Origin: an uncultured bacterium
GTDB taxonomy: Bacteria; Fidelibacterota; Marinisomatia; Marinisomatales; JACNKV01
Assembly: GCA_964388155.1 (NCBI GenBank)
Contig: CAYLYH010000006.1
Location: 11,350 to 75,349, forward strand
Length of the DNA stretch: 64,000 nucleotides
Reading direction: 5' to 3'
Part shown: positions 1 to 9,189 of the stretch, piece after piece
Numbering within the stretch: position 1 is the first letter of the stretch
Layout of the letters: the number at the start of each line of letters is the position of its first letter
The notes under the pieces: model-generated
Told to the model about the DNA's origin: nothing
What the model saw: only the letters and a program-made list of their open reading frames with translations
Databases searched by the model: none
Made by a program: the position numbers and the translations under genes

Positions 1-810
1 AACATCCCGGACGGGCTTTGGGAGAAATGCCCCTCATGTTCAGAGATATTGTACAAACCTGAGTTGGATAAAAATCATTCGGTTTGTCGCCACTGTCAGC
101 ACCATTTTAGAGTATCACCGGATGTGTACCTTCAACTCATTCTTGATGGTGGAACAGATTTTGAGTTATTCCAAGGATTGAAATCCGCAGACCCGCTAAA
201 GTTTAAATCTGGTAAGAAATATGTTGATCAAATCGACGCTGCTCAAAAAAAAACCGGAGACCAAGATGCCATACGGTGTTACTCCGGTAAAATGAATGGA
301 AAAGAAATTATTTTGGGAGTTATGAACTTTGGGTTTATTGGCGGTAGTATGGGTGGTGTCGTGGGCGAAAAGGTTTCACGAGCGATTGATGTTGCTGATA
401 AAAACAATATACCGTTTGTCTTAGTTTGCACATCCGGGGGAGCGCGGATGCAGGAAGGAGCATTGTCTCTGATGCAATTAGCTAAAACAAGTACGCGACT
501 TGCACGTTTCGCCGAACATGGCGGATTGTATATCCCTATTTTAACCGACCCGACAACGGGTGGAGTAACAGCGAGCTTTGGAATGTTGGGAGATGTGATT
601 TTAGCTGAACCCGGTGCACTAGTCGGGTTTGCCGGTCCCCGCGTTATTAAACAGACGATTGGTCAGGACTTGCCAAAAGGATTCCAACGAGCGGAGTTTC
701 TTCTGGAAAAAGGATTTGTGGATCATATCGTTCCACGAGAGAAATTGAAATTAACGCTGACAAATATTATTAAAATATTACAATCGAAAATAGATAATAG
801 TAAGCAGTGA
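1..810 (+). CDS. accD: acetyl-CoA carboxylase carboxyltransferase beta subunit (5' end upstream of window)
   Basis: Frame open from base 1 (NIPDGLWEKCPSCSEILYKPELDKNHSVCRHCQHHF, a C-x2-C/C-x2-C zinc ribbon), then GGSMG and TSGGARMQEG carboxyltransferase motifs. The listed ORF 49..810 starts at an internal TTG. Confidence 0.93.
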   Translation, partial: NIPDGLWEKCPSCSEILYKPELDKNHSVCRHCQHHFRVSPDVYLQLILDGGTDFELFQGLKSADPLKFKSGKKYVDQIDAAQKKTGDQDAIRCYSGKMNGKEIILGVMNFGFIGGSMGGVVGEKVSRAIDVADKNNIPFVLVCTSGGARMQEGALSLMQLAKTSTRLARFAEHGGLYIPILTDPTTGGVTASFGMLGDVILAEPGALVGFAGPRVIKQTIGQDLPKGFQRAEFLLEKGFVDHIVPREKLKLTLTNIIKILQSKIDNSKQ

Positions 811-847
811 GTAGAAAGTAGTAGCAGTAAGCAGGAGCAGTGACGAC
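811..847 (+). repeat. purine-rich 3/6-nt periodic tract directly after accD stop (agtagt agcagt aagcag gagcag tga)
   Basis: Read directly. Stop codons occur in several frames. The unit agtaagcag is also the last 9 coding nt of accD. Confidence 0.7.
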
Positions 848-864
848 GCGGACACTTGAGTACT

Positions 865-911
865 TTAACACCTTAACACTCTAACACCTTAACACTCTAA
901 CACCTAACATT
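865..911 (+). repeat. G-free 8-nt periodic TTAACACY tract (about 6 units; 16-nt unit ttaacactctaacacc x2.5) abutting the surE ATG
   Basis: ttaacacc ttaacact ctaacacc ttaacact ctaacacc taacatt ATG. There is no G in 47 nt. Confidence 0.9.
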
Positions 912-1682
912 ATGATGCCAAAACAACCAAAGATATTAATTACAAACGATGATGGGATTCATGCTCCCGGAATTTACGCTTTATGGGAAGCTATGAAGGA
1001 ATTAGGCGAGGTCACCGTTGTTGCTCCGGATACAGAAAAAAGTGCTGTGGGGCATGCGATTACAATTTCAAACCCGATACGAATCCAAAAAATTGAACGG
1101 CACGGCGGATTTACCGGCTATGCAGTAAATGGTACGCCTGCAGATTGTGTAAAAATAGCTGTACGTTCATTGCTGAAAGATAAACCCGATATTGTTGTCT
1201 CCGGGATTAATGCAGGAGCAAATGTTGGAAATGATATTATCTATTCAGGAACAGTCTCTGCAGCGACGGAGGGTGTTTTTTATAATATTCCCTCCATAGC
1301 CGTTAGCTTGGATTCTATTCACGGAGGAGATTTTAATCCATCAAAAGAAATCATAAAACTAGTTGTGAATAATTTATTTGAAAATAATATTCCCAAAGGA
1401 ACCTTACTTAACGTAAACATTCCTAACTTACAGGCTGGTGAAATTCGCGGATTCAAAGTTACAAAACAAGGAGAATCTTTCTATCGTGATTGGTTTGAAA
1501 AACGTGAAGATCCACGTGGACGTATCTATTATTGGATGTCTGGCGAAGTTGTGACTCCGAATTCAAATTCTGAGATGGACAGCAGTGCTTTAAAGAGTGA
1601 TTACATCAGCATTACCCCCATCCATTACGATCTGACGAATCATGACTATCTCGATGAACTAAAAAAGTGGAAATTTGAATGA
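912..1682 (+). CDS. surE: 5'/3'-nucleotidase SurE
   Basis: N-terminal ILITNDDGIHAPGI motif, SGINAGAN and YSGTVSAA motifs, typical length of 256 aa. Confidence 0.93.
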   Translation: MMPKQPKILITNDDGIHAPGIYALWEAMKELGEVTVVAPDTEKSAVGHAITISNPIRIQKIERHGGFTGYAVNGTPADCVKIAVRSLLKDKPDIVVSGINAGANVGNDIIYSGTVSAATEGVFYNIPSIAVSLDSIHGGDFNPSKEIIKLVVNNLFENNIPKGTLLNVNIPNLQAGEIRGFKVTKQGESFYRDWFEKREDPRGRIYYWMSGEVVTPNSNSEMDSSALKSDYISITPIHYDLTNHDYLDELKKWKFE

Positions 1683-3232
1683 GCCCTTCATCGAAATCCG
1701 GCATCGCTATCATTGATTTTGGCTCGCAATACACTCAACTGATTGCCCGAAAAATACGAGAGCAAAACGTGTTCTCTGAAATATTTCCTCATCATGTGGA
1801 TAAAGAAATATTACTTCTGCATGCACCCAAAGCGATCATCCTTTCCGGAGGTCCGTCTGGTGTTTATGAGGACTCTTCGCCGGATTATGATTCAGCTATT
1901 TTTGAGATCGATCTTCCCATACTAGGGATATGTTATGGGTTGCACTTATTAACAATCCAGTACGGTGGTAGCGTTAATTCGATAGAACACGGGGAATATG
2001 GGTTTGCAAATTTAGAAATCTCAGAAGCAAGTAACCTTTTACATTCCGTGGGAGATAAAACTCAAGTTTGGATGAGTCACGGAGATACAGTTACAAAAAT
2101 TCCCCCAGGATGGACTCCGTTAGCAACATCTTCTAATGGAGTGATTGCAGCAATGAGTTTTGAGAAAGAAAAACGCTATGCAACTCAATTTCACCCTGAA
2201 GTTGCTCACACGTTAGAAGGTCAAACAATTCTGAATAACTTTCTTTTCAGAATCGCACACTGTACTCCGGATTGGACGCCCGGGAATTTTGTTCAAGAGC
2301 AAATCAAGGAAATTCGTGAACGGGTTGGTGACCAAAAAGTACTTGTGGGAATTAGCGGCGGCGTGGATTCGTCAGTCGTCGCTACATTGCTACATGAGGC
2401 GATTGGGGACCAAGCCATCGGAGTCCTAATCGATCACGGATTGCTAAGAAAGAATGAAGCCAATCAATGTTTATCGGTGTTAAGAGACGGACTTGGCATT
2501 AACATACAACTATTTGACGAATCAAAAAGGTTTTTATCCAAATTGGTCGGAGTTACTGAGCCGGAGAAAAAACGAAAAATCATTGGTGAACAATTTATCC
2601 GTGCATTTGAAGACGCCTCCGGTGAAGTCGATAAAGTAAACTTTTTGGTTCAAGGAACATTATATCCTGATATCATTGAGAGTGGCACCTTGCATCAGGG
2701 AGGGCATGCGGCTGTGATTAAGAGCCATCATAACGTTGGTGGTCTACCTGCTGATATGAAATTTGAATTAATCGAACCACTAAAAGATTTGTTTAAAGAT
2801 GAAGTTCGTAACGTCGGGCGGAAACTTGGATTGCCAAAATCGTTAATTCAGCGACATCCTTTCCCCGGTCCGGGGCTGGCTGTACGTATCCTTGGAGAAA
2901 TTACGGAGGAAAGAATCAAAACATTGCAGGAAGCTGACGATGTCTACATTAATTGTCTTTATGATGAGAATGTGTATGACGAAATTTGGCAGGCGTTTTC
3001 TGTGCTCATCCCGGTAAAAACCGTTGGCGTGATGGGAGATCAGCGGACCTATGAAAACCTGTTAGCTCTTCGAGCAGTCACCAGTACCGATGGGATGACC
3101 GCCGACTGGTATCGTATGTCACCCGAACTGCTTTCGAAAATATCCAATAGGATTGTGAACTCAGTGAAAGGAATAAATCGTGTGGTTTACGATATAACAT
3201 CAAAACCACCGGGAACTATTGAATGGGAATAA
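1679..3232 (+). CDS. guaA: GMP synthase (glutamine-hydrolysing)
   Basis: ATGA overlap with surE stop. Class-I GATase N-domain (GICYG, HPEV), PP-loop SGGVDSS, C-terminal KPPGTIEWE. Confidence 0.96.
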   Translation: MSPSSKSGIAIIDFGSQYTQLIARKIREQNVFSEIFPHHVDKEILLLHAPKAIILSGGPSGVYEDSSPDYDSAIFEIDLPILGICYGLHLLTIQYGGSVNSIEHGEYGFANLEISEASNLLHSVGDKTQVWMSHGDTVTKIPPGWTPLATSSNGVIAAMSFEKEKRYATQFHPEVAHTLEGQTILNNFLFRIAHCTPDWTPGNFVQEQIKEIRERVGDQKVLVGISGGVDSSVVATLLHEAIGDQAIGVLIDHGLLRKNEANQCLSVLRDGLGINIQLFDESKRFLSKLVGVTEPEKKRKIIGEQFIRAFEDASGEVDKVNFLVQGTLYPDIIESGTLHQGGHAAVIKSHHNVGGLPADMKFELIEPLKDLFKDEVRNVGRKLGLPKSLIQRHPFPGPGLAVRILGEITEERIKTLQEADDVYINCLYDENVYDEIWQAFSVLIPVKTVGVMGDQRTYENLLALRAVTSTDGMTADWYRMSPELLSKISNRIVNSVKGINRVVYDITSKPPGTIEWE

Positions 3233-3250
3233 CCGTTGATTGGTTAACAG

Positions 3251-3675
3251 TTTATGGTTAATAGTTAACAAGTATTTAGTGTGTTCGGATGAAAAAAAAG
3301 GATACAATCCGTGAGTTAACTTACAAATTTGCAATTCGGATCATTCGTATGGCAAAATATTTACAAGAAGAGAAAAAAGAATATATTTTGTCAAAGCAAG
3401 TATTGAAAAGTGGCACAGCAATTGGAGCACTTATTAGAGAAGGACAATATGCTGAATCGGATGCGGACTTTGTGCATAAATTGTCTATTGCATTAAAAGA
3501 AGCGAATGAAACGGAATATTGGTTATCTTTGTTACAGGAAACTGAATACATTTCGTCTGAAAAACTACATACGTTATTGGACGAAAATATTTCAATAATA
3601 AAGATGTTAATAGCCATAATCAAAACAAAAAAGAAAAATATTAATAATGAAAAACTATAAACTATTAACCATAAA
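3251..3675. repeat. perfect 16-bp inverted repeat (tttatggttaatagtt 3251-3266 / aactattaaccataaa 3660-3675) bracketing the four-helix-bundle ORF
   Basis: The arms are exact reverse complements. The left arm lies 23 nt before the ATG and the right arm overlaps the stop codon. Confidence 0.9.
3289..3660 (+). CDS. four-helix-bundle protein (23S rRNA intervening-sequence protein / Avd-like family)
   Basis: 123 aa. KFAIRIIRMAKYL...SKQVLKSGTAIGALIREGQ...DFVHKLSIALKEANETEYWLSLL matches the family pattern as I remember it. Confidence 0.85.
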   Translation: MKKKDTIRELTYKFAIRIIRMAKYLQEEKKEYILSKQVLKSGTAIGALIREGQYAESDADFVHKLSIALKEANETEYWLSLLQETEYISSEKLHTLLDENISIIKMLIAIIKTKKKNINNEKL

Positions 3676-3690
3676 TCGGAAACCGTCATT

Positions 3691-5529
3691 ATGTGTGGAA
3701 TCGTAGGATATTTTGGGAATAAAGATTCTGTCCCTATTTTAATCAAGGGGCTGCAACGCTTGGAATACCGCGGATACGACTCTGCGGGAATTGCTGTGTT
3801 TGAAAATGAAAAACTAAGATACATCAAGAAAACCGGTAAGGTCAGTAAGCTGAACGATAGCGTTCAGTCTGAGGGTCTGGCCGGAAATATCGGTATTGCT
3901 CATACACGCTGGGCTACACACGGAGAGCCTAATGATGTAAATGCCCATCCGCATTTGGATGAAACGAATTCCATCGCGTTAATTCATAATGGCATTATCG
4001 AAAATTATAGTATTCTGAAAAAAGCGCTAATCAACCAAGGTGTCGTTTTCAAAAGTGATACAGATACAGAGGTTTTGGTACAACTTATTTCCTCGTTTTA
4101 TCGCGGGAACGGTCTTCGGTTCGAGGATGCAGTACAAGCGGCACTTCAGGAGGTTGTTGGGGCGTATGGAATTGTTGCGATTTGTAAAGCCGAACCGGAT
4201 GTGATGGTTGCCGCCCGCCTTGGAAGTCCGTTAGTACTTGGCCTGGGTGAAAACGAATATTTTCTCGCAAGTGATGCGTCTCCCATCGTAGAACACACTC
4301 GTAGTGTTGTATATTTGGATGAAGGTGAAATGGTAATAATTCGCAAGGATGGACACGCCATTCGAAGGATTGAAGACAACCACGTTGTTACGAAGCAGAT
4401 AACAAATCTGGATTTAAGCATCGAAGAAATCGAGAAGGGTAATTTTCCTCATTTTATGCTTAAAGAAATCCATGATCAGAAACGGACGATTATGGACACG
4501 ATGCGGGGGCGCCTTTTAGTTGAAAAGGGAACCGCACATTTAGGGGGGATTCACGATTGTCTCCCGAAAATCGAGCGATCAAAACAGTTTATCATTACTG
4601 CCTGCGGAACCTCGTGGCATGCCGGGCTTATCGGGAAGTATTTGATTGAAGAATATGCACAAATTCCTGTGCACGTCGAATATGCGTCGGAATTTCGTTA
4701 CAGAAATACTATCATTGACGGCAACACAACGGTGATTGCAATTAGCCAATCTGGTGAAACAGCGGATACACTTGCGGCAATCCGCAAAGCGAAAGAACAC
4801 GGGGCACTTACGGTCGGAATTTGCAATGTTGTCGGGAGTTCCATTCCACGCGAAACCGATTGCGGTGTGTACACACACGCCGGTCCTGAAATCGGTGTCG
4901 CATCCACGAAAGCCTTTACTGCGCAAGTAACCGTGTTATCCATGTTGGCGTTATTATTGGGTCGTCGGAATGGTTTATCGTTAGCAAAGGGACAATCCAT
5001 TGCAAAGGCGTTGAGCAATCTGGGTAGCATCACTGAAACAATATTAAAGGATACGAAACAGATCGAAACCGTTGCAAAAGATACGGCTCACGTCAATAAC
5101 TTTTTATATCTTGGTAGAGGATTGAACTTCCCCGTTGCTTTAGAGGGAGCACTTAAATTAAAAGAAATATCATATATTCACGCAGAAGGATATCCGGCTG
5201 CAGAGATGAAACATGGTCCCATCGCTCTGATTGATGAAAAGATGCCGGTCGTGTTTATCGCCCCTCATGATCAGACATTTGAAAAAGTACTGTCCAATAT
5301 TCAAGAAGTCAAAGCCAGAAAAGGTAAGGTGATTATTCTGACGGACAAACGCACACAGGATGTCGTAGATTTAGCAGACTATTTTATTGAGATTCCGTCA
5401 ACGCACACCAGGATATTCCCCATCGTAGCGTCCATCCCGTTACAATTGCTTGCGTATCATTTGGCGGTGCTGAGAGGATGCAATATTGACCAACCTAGGA
5501 ATCTGGCAAAAAGTGTCACAGTGGAATAA
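3691..5529 (+). CDS. glmS: glutamine--fructose-6-phosphate aminotransferase (isomerising)
   Basis: MCGIVGY N-terminal nucleophile, two SIS domains, C-terminal NLAKSVTVE, 612 aa. Confidence 0.97.
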   Translation: MCGIVGYFGNKDSVPILIKGLQRLEYRGYDSAGIAVFENEKLRYIKKTGKVSKLNDSVQSEGLAGNIGIAHTRWATHGEPNDVNAHPHLDETNSIALIHNGIIENYSILKKALINQGVVFKSDTDTEVLVQLISSFYRGNGLRFEDAVQAALQEVVGAYGIVAICKAEPDVMVAARLGSPLVLGLGENEYFLASDASPIVEHTRSVVYLDEGEMVIIRKDGHAIRRIEDNHVVTKQITNLDLSIEEIEKGNFPHFMLKEIHDQKRTIMDTMRGRLLVEKGTAHLGGIHDCLPKIERSKQFIITACGTSWHAGLIGKYLIEEYAQIPVHVEYASEFRYRNTIIDGNTTVIAISQSGETADTLAAIRKAKEHGALTVGICNVVGSSIPRETDCGVYTHAGPEIGVASTKAFTAQVTVLSMLALLLGRRNGLSLAKGQSIAKALSNLGSITETILKDTKQIETVAKDTAHVNNFLYLGRGLNFPVALEGALKLKEISYIHAEGYPAAEMKHGPIALIDEKMPVVFIAPHDQTFEKVLSNIQEVKARKGKVIILTDKRTQDVVDLADYFIEIPSTHTRIFPIVASIPLQLLAYHLAVLRGCNIDQPRNLAKSVTVE

Positions 5530-7399
5530 AAAATACATCATCATCGCCGTTTGCGTGGTGCTGTTACAGTCTATGCTTCTCGGGCAGGGATGGCTGAAAA
5601 CGCGAATGATTCGTGACCAGCTCAAGAAAGCGGTCGTCCACTTTAATGAGAAAAATTACGTTTCTGCGGAGAGAACTCTTAAACCACTTATTGAAGCTGA
5701 TGCCGGGAAATATACGTCTACGACAATGCTGCTGCTAATAAAGACATCTGTCATGCTTGAGAAAGATGAACAGGCAATGCAGTTAGGGCGGGATTTTCTT
5801 CGTCGTTTCCCGAAAAGTACGTATCTGAGCGAGGTGTATCTATCCTATGGAGATATTTTTATTCGAAATGGAGATTTCTCTTCAGCCTTCCGGATGTACT
5901 TGAAAAGTCGGAAAATTTTACCCGCGGATACACTGTTGACAAAGATCGATCGTCGCTTAGTGAAAACGATGAAATATACGATGGATGAAACGCTCCTTGA
6001 TGAGCGGCTATCAGTAGAATATGACAGTAGTGCACGTGCGATACTTTTTCTTGCAAAATCGTACAATCAATTGGCAAAAGGTCATCACGATGAAAGTGCT
6101 ATAACCCTGAATCGTATACAGCCTGAGGCGGTTCCGGATATCTATTTTGATGTGTATGAGCGATTGATTTTAGCGACATATCGGCGGGACCCAAAGAATG
6201 TGCAAATTGGTGTTGTCCTTCCACTCAGCGGGCAGCATAAAACCGCCGGAAGGTCGTTTTTAGCCGGGCTTCGATATACAGCGGCTGATACCGGTCGCCT
6301 GCTGAAGTTATCTTATCTTGTTTATGATAATCAAAGCAGAGATATAGAAACCATCCGAGCAATTCAAGCGCTGAAAAAAAATAAGAACGTCCTGACGATA
6401 GTTGGTCCGATTAGTGAACAAAATTCACTCATTGCCGCAAATACGATGACGGATTCCAAACTCCCGCTGATTATACCAAACTCAACGCAAAACGGGTTAA
6501 CAGAATTGTCCTCTTTTGTTTTTCAAATGAACTCCAATTTAGAACTTCGCGGGCGTTTTGCAGCAAGGACAGCCGTTTTGGAGCTTGGTTTGGATTCGAT
6601 TGCTGTATTATCGCCCTCTGATGAGAAGGGGCAGCAATTGACGGAAGCATTCCTCTCTGAGTTGAATATTTTAGGAAAAGAGCCTGTTGCGGTAGAATGG
6701 TATTCTGAGACGCCTGAAGATTTAACCCGTCAGTTTAAAGTCATTCGATCGCGTGCATGGGAGCTTCTTCCAATGGAAAAGGAAACGGATGAATTCCTTG
6801 GGATGGAAATTGACAGTCTCGATGCTCTGTTTGATGTCTCCGGTGATGACTTTTTTGATTTACCCGAGACAAAAGAAAAAGTGATGACATCCAGAGACTC
6901 GAGCCGGGTCGTACTGAACACGATTGATGCGATTTACATGCCGATTGTCTCTGAACATTTACGGTATATTGCTACACAGTTCCCCATGTACAATTTGTCC
7001 GCGACTGTCATCGGAAATGAAGCATGGCAAAATTTGGATATTCTAAATGAAAAGAACATCGGACCTCATTTGGATAGTATGATTGTGATTACCCCAACGT
7101 ATAAAACTACGATGCACGAAGGAATGTCTGTTGAAGAATCGTATTATTATTCTCAGGGATTAGATTGCGCAAAACTTTTGATGGGTGCCATGGAGACCTC
7201 AAGAGCAAATCGCAATAGTGTGTGGGAACGATTAGCCTCCACAGATGAGTATCACGGCGATGGGAAAATCATCTCATTTACCGGAACATCCCGGAATGTG
7301 AATACAGCACTTCAGGTATTACGCTACCACAGATCTGCTTTTCATTCGTTAGGATATTTTAAAGGGGATTCTCTTAGATATTTAAGATTTAAGAATTAA
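5486..7399 (+). CDS. envelope protein with N-terminal TPR/BamD-like region and C-terminal type-I periplasmic-binding fold (LpoA/LppC-like architecture)
   Basis: Hydrophobic N-terminus (YIIIAVCVVLLQS), TPR-like helices, then IGVVLPLSG...TIVGPISEQN typical of the Leu/Ile/Val-binding fold. Start uncertain (ATG 5486 or GTG 5513; both overlap the glmS end). Confidence 0.55.
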   Translation: MTNLGIWQKVSQWNKKYIIIAVCVVLLQSMLLGQGWLKTRMIRDQLKKAVVHFNEKNYVSAERTLKPLIEADAGKYTSTTMLLLIKTSVMLEKDEQAMQLGRDFLRRFPKSTYLSEVYLSYGDIFIRNGDFSSAFRMYLKSRKILPADTLLTKIDRRLVKTMKYTMDETLLDERLSVEYDSSARAILFLAKSYNQLAKGHHDESAITLNRIQPEAVPDIYFDVYERLILATYRRDPKNVQIGVVLPLSGQHKTAGRSFLAGLRYTAADTGRLLKLSYLVYDNQSRDIETIRAIQALKKNKNVLTIVGPISEQNSLIAANTMTDSKLPLIIPNSTQNGLTELSSFVFQMNSNLELRGRFAARTAVLELGLDSIAVLSPSDEKGQQLTEAFLSELNILGKEPVAVEWYSETPEDLTRQFKVIRSRAWELLPMEKETDEFLGMEIDSLDALFDVSGDDFFDLPETKEKVMTSRDSSRVVLNTIDAIYMPIVSEHLRYIATQFPMYNLSATVIGNEAWQNLDILNEKNIGPHLDSMIVITPTYKTTMHEGMSVEESYYYSQGLDCAKLLMGAMETSRANRNSVWERLASTDEYHGDGKIISFTGTSRNVNTALQVLRYHRSAFHSLGYFKGDSLRYLRFKN

Positions 7400-7436
7400 G
7401 ATTTAAAATTCGGTATTCAAAATTCAACTATCAACT
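7374..7436 (+). repeat. degenerate heptamer tandem array (ttagata tttaaga tttaaga attaaga tttaaaa ttcggta ttcaaaa ttcaact atcaact) spanning the stop codon at 7397-7399
   Basis: 7-nt register read directly from the sequence. Confidence 0.65.
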
Positions 7437-7454
7437 AACATCATTTTTCATTAA

Positions 7455-7478
7455 CCCCCGTAAAAAACACGGGGTTTA
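7455..7478 (+). terminator. hairpin ccccgt-aaaaaac-acgggg followed by ttt
   Basis: 6-bp GC-rich stem (7456-7461 / 7469-7474) with a short T run, 56 nt after the stop of the upstream gene. Confidence 0.5.
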
Positions 7479-7520
7479 CGCTCTGCTCCAATATTTTCCA
7501 TTAACTATTTTCCATTTTCC

Positions 7521-8198
7521 ATGTTTATAGATTTATCTCATTATTTTCCTGTTGAAAATATACGTGCAGGGTTTAGTCTGCGATCATTTCCTTTTTCACC
7601 TCCCCAGGACAGAATTGAACTGGCGCATCAGCTTCAACTAAATTCTGAAGGTCTTGTCCTGCCGGAGCAAGTTCACTCCGGGAATGTTAAAATTATCACA
7701 AAGCCCGGAAAATATCATGATACAGATGGCGTGATTACTGCAGAAAAAAGTGTGGTGTTCTCGATACAAGTTGCGGATTGTATTCCGCTGTTTTTTGTAG
7801 ACTCTGTCAATAAAATTACCGGGTTAATTCATGCCGGATGGAGAGGTGTAACAAAAAATATCATCGAAAATGGAGTAAATAAGATTTATGAGTTAGGTGC
7901 GGAAAAAGAATCATTGCATGTATTAATCGGTCCGTCCATTCGGGGATGCTGCTATGAAGTTGGTCCGGAAGTTGCCGAACAATTTGAAGAGAAATATATC
8001 CGACCCGGAAAAGGTGATAGGTCTTTTCTTGATCTGCATGGGACGGTGGAGAATGAACTCATTTCTCTGGGAATCCCGCAAAAGCACATCACGATGATGA
8101 TTGAATGTACGCACTGCAGGACTGAGATGTACCATTCTTACCGGAGAGACGGTGAGAAATCAGGACGTATGATCGCGATGTTGGGATGGAAAATTTGA
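7521..8198 (+). CDS. pgeF: peptidoglycan editing factor / laccase-domain protein (YfiH family)
   Basis: DCIPL, HAGWRG and CTHC...YHSYRRDG motifs, 225 aa. Confidence 0.88.
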   Translation: MFIDLSHYFPVENIRAGFSLRSFPFSPPQDRIELAHQLQLNSEGLVLPEQVHSGNVKIITKPGKYHDTDGVITAEKSVVFSIQVADCIPLFFVDSVNKITGLIHAGWRGVTKNIIENGVNKIYELGAEKESLHVLIGPSIRGCCYEVGPEVAEQFEEKYIRPGKGDRSFLDLHGTVENELISLGIPQKHITMMIECTHCRTEMYHSYRRDGEKSGRMIAMLGWKI

Positions 8199-8296
8199 TT
8201 TTATTGAAGAATTAAAATGAACGAAGTAAAAGAAGTCATTTACTCATTAACTCTTTTGTGTATTTTCAATAAATTCCACTTCAATATTTTGATACT

Positions 8297-9061
8297 ATGA
8301 CATTCATTGACGCCATCATACTAGGAATCCTTCAAGGGTTTACAGAGTTTCTGCCCATCAGCAGTTCGGGGCATTTGGTGTTGGGGCAGCATTTACTTGG
8401 AATCCACATCCCGGGGAACACCTTTGAAGTGGCCGTTCATATGGGGACGTTATTAAGTGTTGTCGTCGTATTTTCGAATGACATTCTCAATATTGTAAGC
8501 TCACTGCAGAACCGAACGACTCAGAAATACGTTCTTGCAATTCTGGTCGGAACACTCCCCGCAGTAATAATTGGGCTGGTTTTTAAGGAAGATATTCAGT
8601 CCGCATTTGACAATATTCGTTTAGTCTCAGGGGCATTAATGGTGACCGGTATTATCCTCATATCCACTCGCTGGGCGTCAGGGAAAAAAGAAAGCATCAC
8701 GCTTTGGCAAGGACTTTGGATTGGAATTGCACAGGCATTTGCAATTATTCCGGGAATATCACGTTCAGGTTCGACGATAAGCATTGGCTTATTGATGGGG
8801 TTGGATCCTAAACAAACTGCACGGTTTTCCTTTTTATTAGCGATTCCTGCCTTAGCCGGAGCAGGATTGCTTACGGCTCTTGATGCAGTGAGTTCTGCTG
8901 AAACGATTCTTCCGCTATCCATTTTATCTGCAGGATTTATCAGCTCATTTCTTGTTGGCTGGATTTCATTAAAGTGGTTGCTTGCTTTATTAGGAAAAGG
9001 AAAATTTTACTGGTTCGGAGCTTATTGCTTTATTTTGGGATTTGTCACTATATTATTTTAA
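8297..9061 (+). CDS. uppP: undecaprenyl-diphosphate phosphatase
   Basis: EFLPISSSGHL N-terminal motif, PGISRSGSTI motif, polytopic membrane protein of 254 aa. Confidence 0.93.
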   Translation: MTFIDAIILGILQGFTEFLPISSSGHLVLGQHLLGIHIPGNTFEVAVHMGTLLSVVVVFSNDILNIVSSLQNRTTQKYVLAILVGTLPAVIIGLVFKEDIQSAFDNIRLVSGALMVTGIILISTRWASGKKESITLWQGLWIGIAQAFAIIPGISRSGSTISIGLLMGLDPKQTARFSFLLAIPALAGAGLLTALDAVSSAETILPLSILSAGFISSFLVGWISLKWLLALLGKGKFYWFGAYCFILGFVTILF

Positions 9062-9120
<59 letters not shown>

Positions 9121-9189
9121 TAAAAAGTTAATAGATTACACAGATTTTTATTAGAAAAACAAAACATATTTTGAGCACCAAACATTTAT

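Noticed and set aside
808-843. Possible read-through or Sec extension of accD (TGA followed by 10 sense codons and a second TGA, with duplicated agtaagcag)
   Set aside because: There is no hairpin after the TGA, and accD is full length at the first stop. The duplication is better explained by the short-period repeat process seen in other spacers.
3661-3690. glmS ribozyme upstream of glmS
   Set aside because: Only 30 nt separate the preceding ORF from the glmS ATG. That is far too short for the ribozyme core, and no conserved core sequence was seen.
3321-3827. 168-aa minus-strand ORF overlapping the four-helix-bundle gene and the glmS start
   Set aside because: It is antisense to two well-supported genes, has a low-complexity Phe/Ser/Ile-rich translation typical of shadow ORFs in AT-rich DNA, and shows no motif.
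4085-5033. Several 60-115-aa ORFs on both strands inside glmS
   Set aside because: They lie entirely within the highly conserved glmS frame. They are shadow ORFs.
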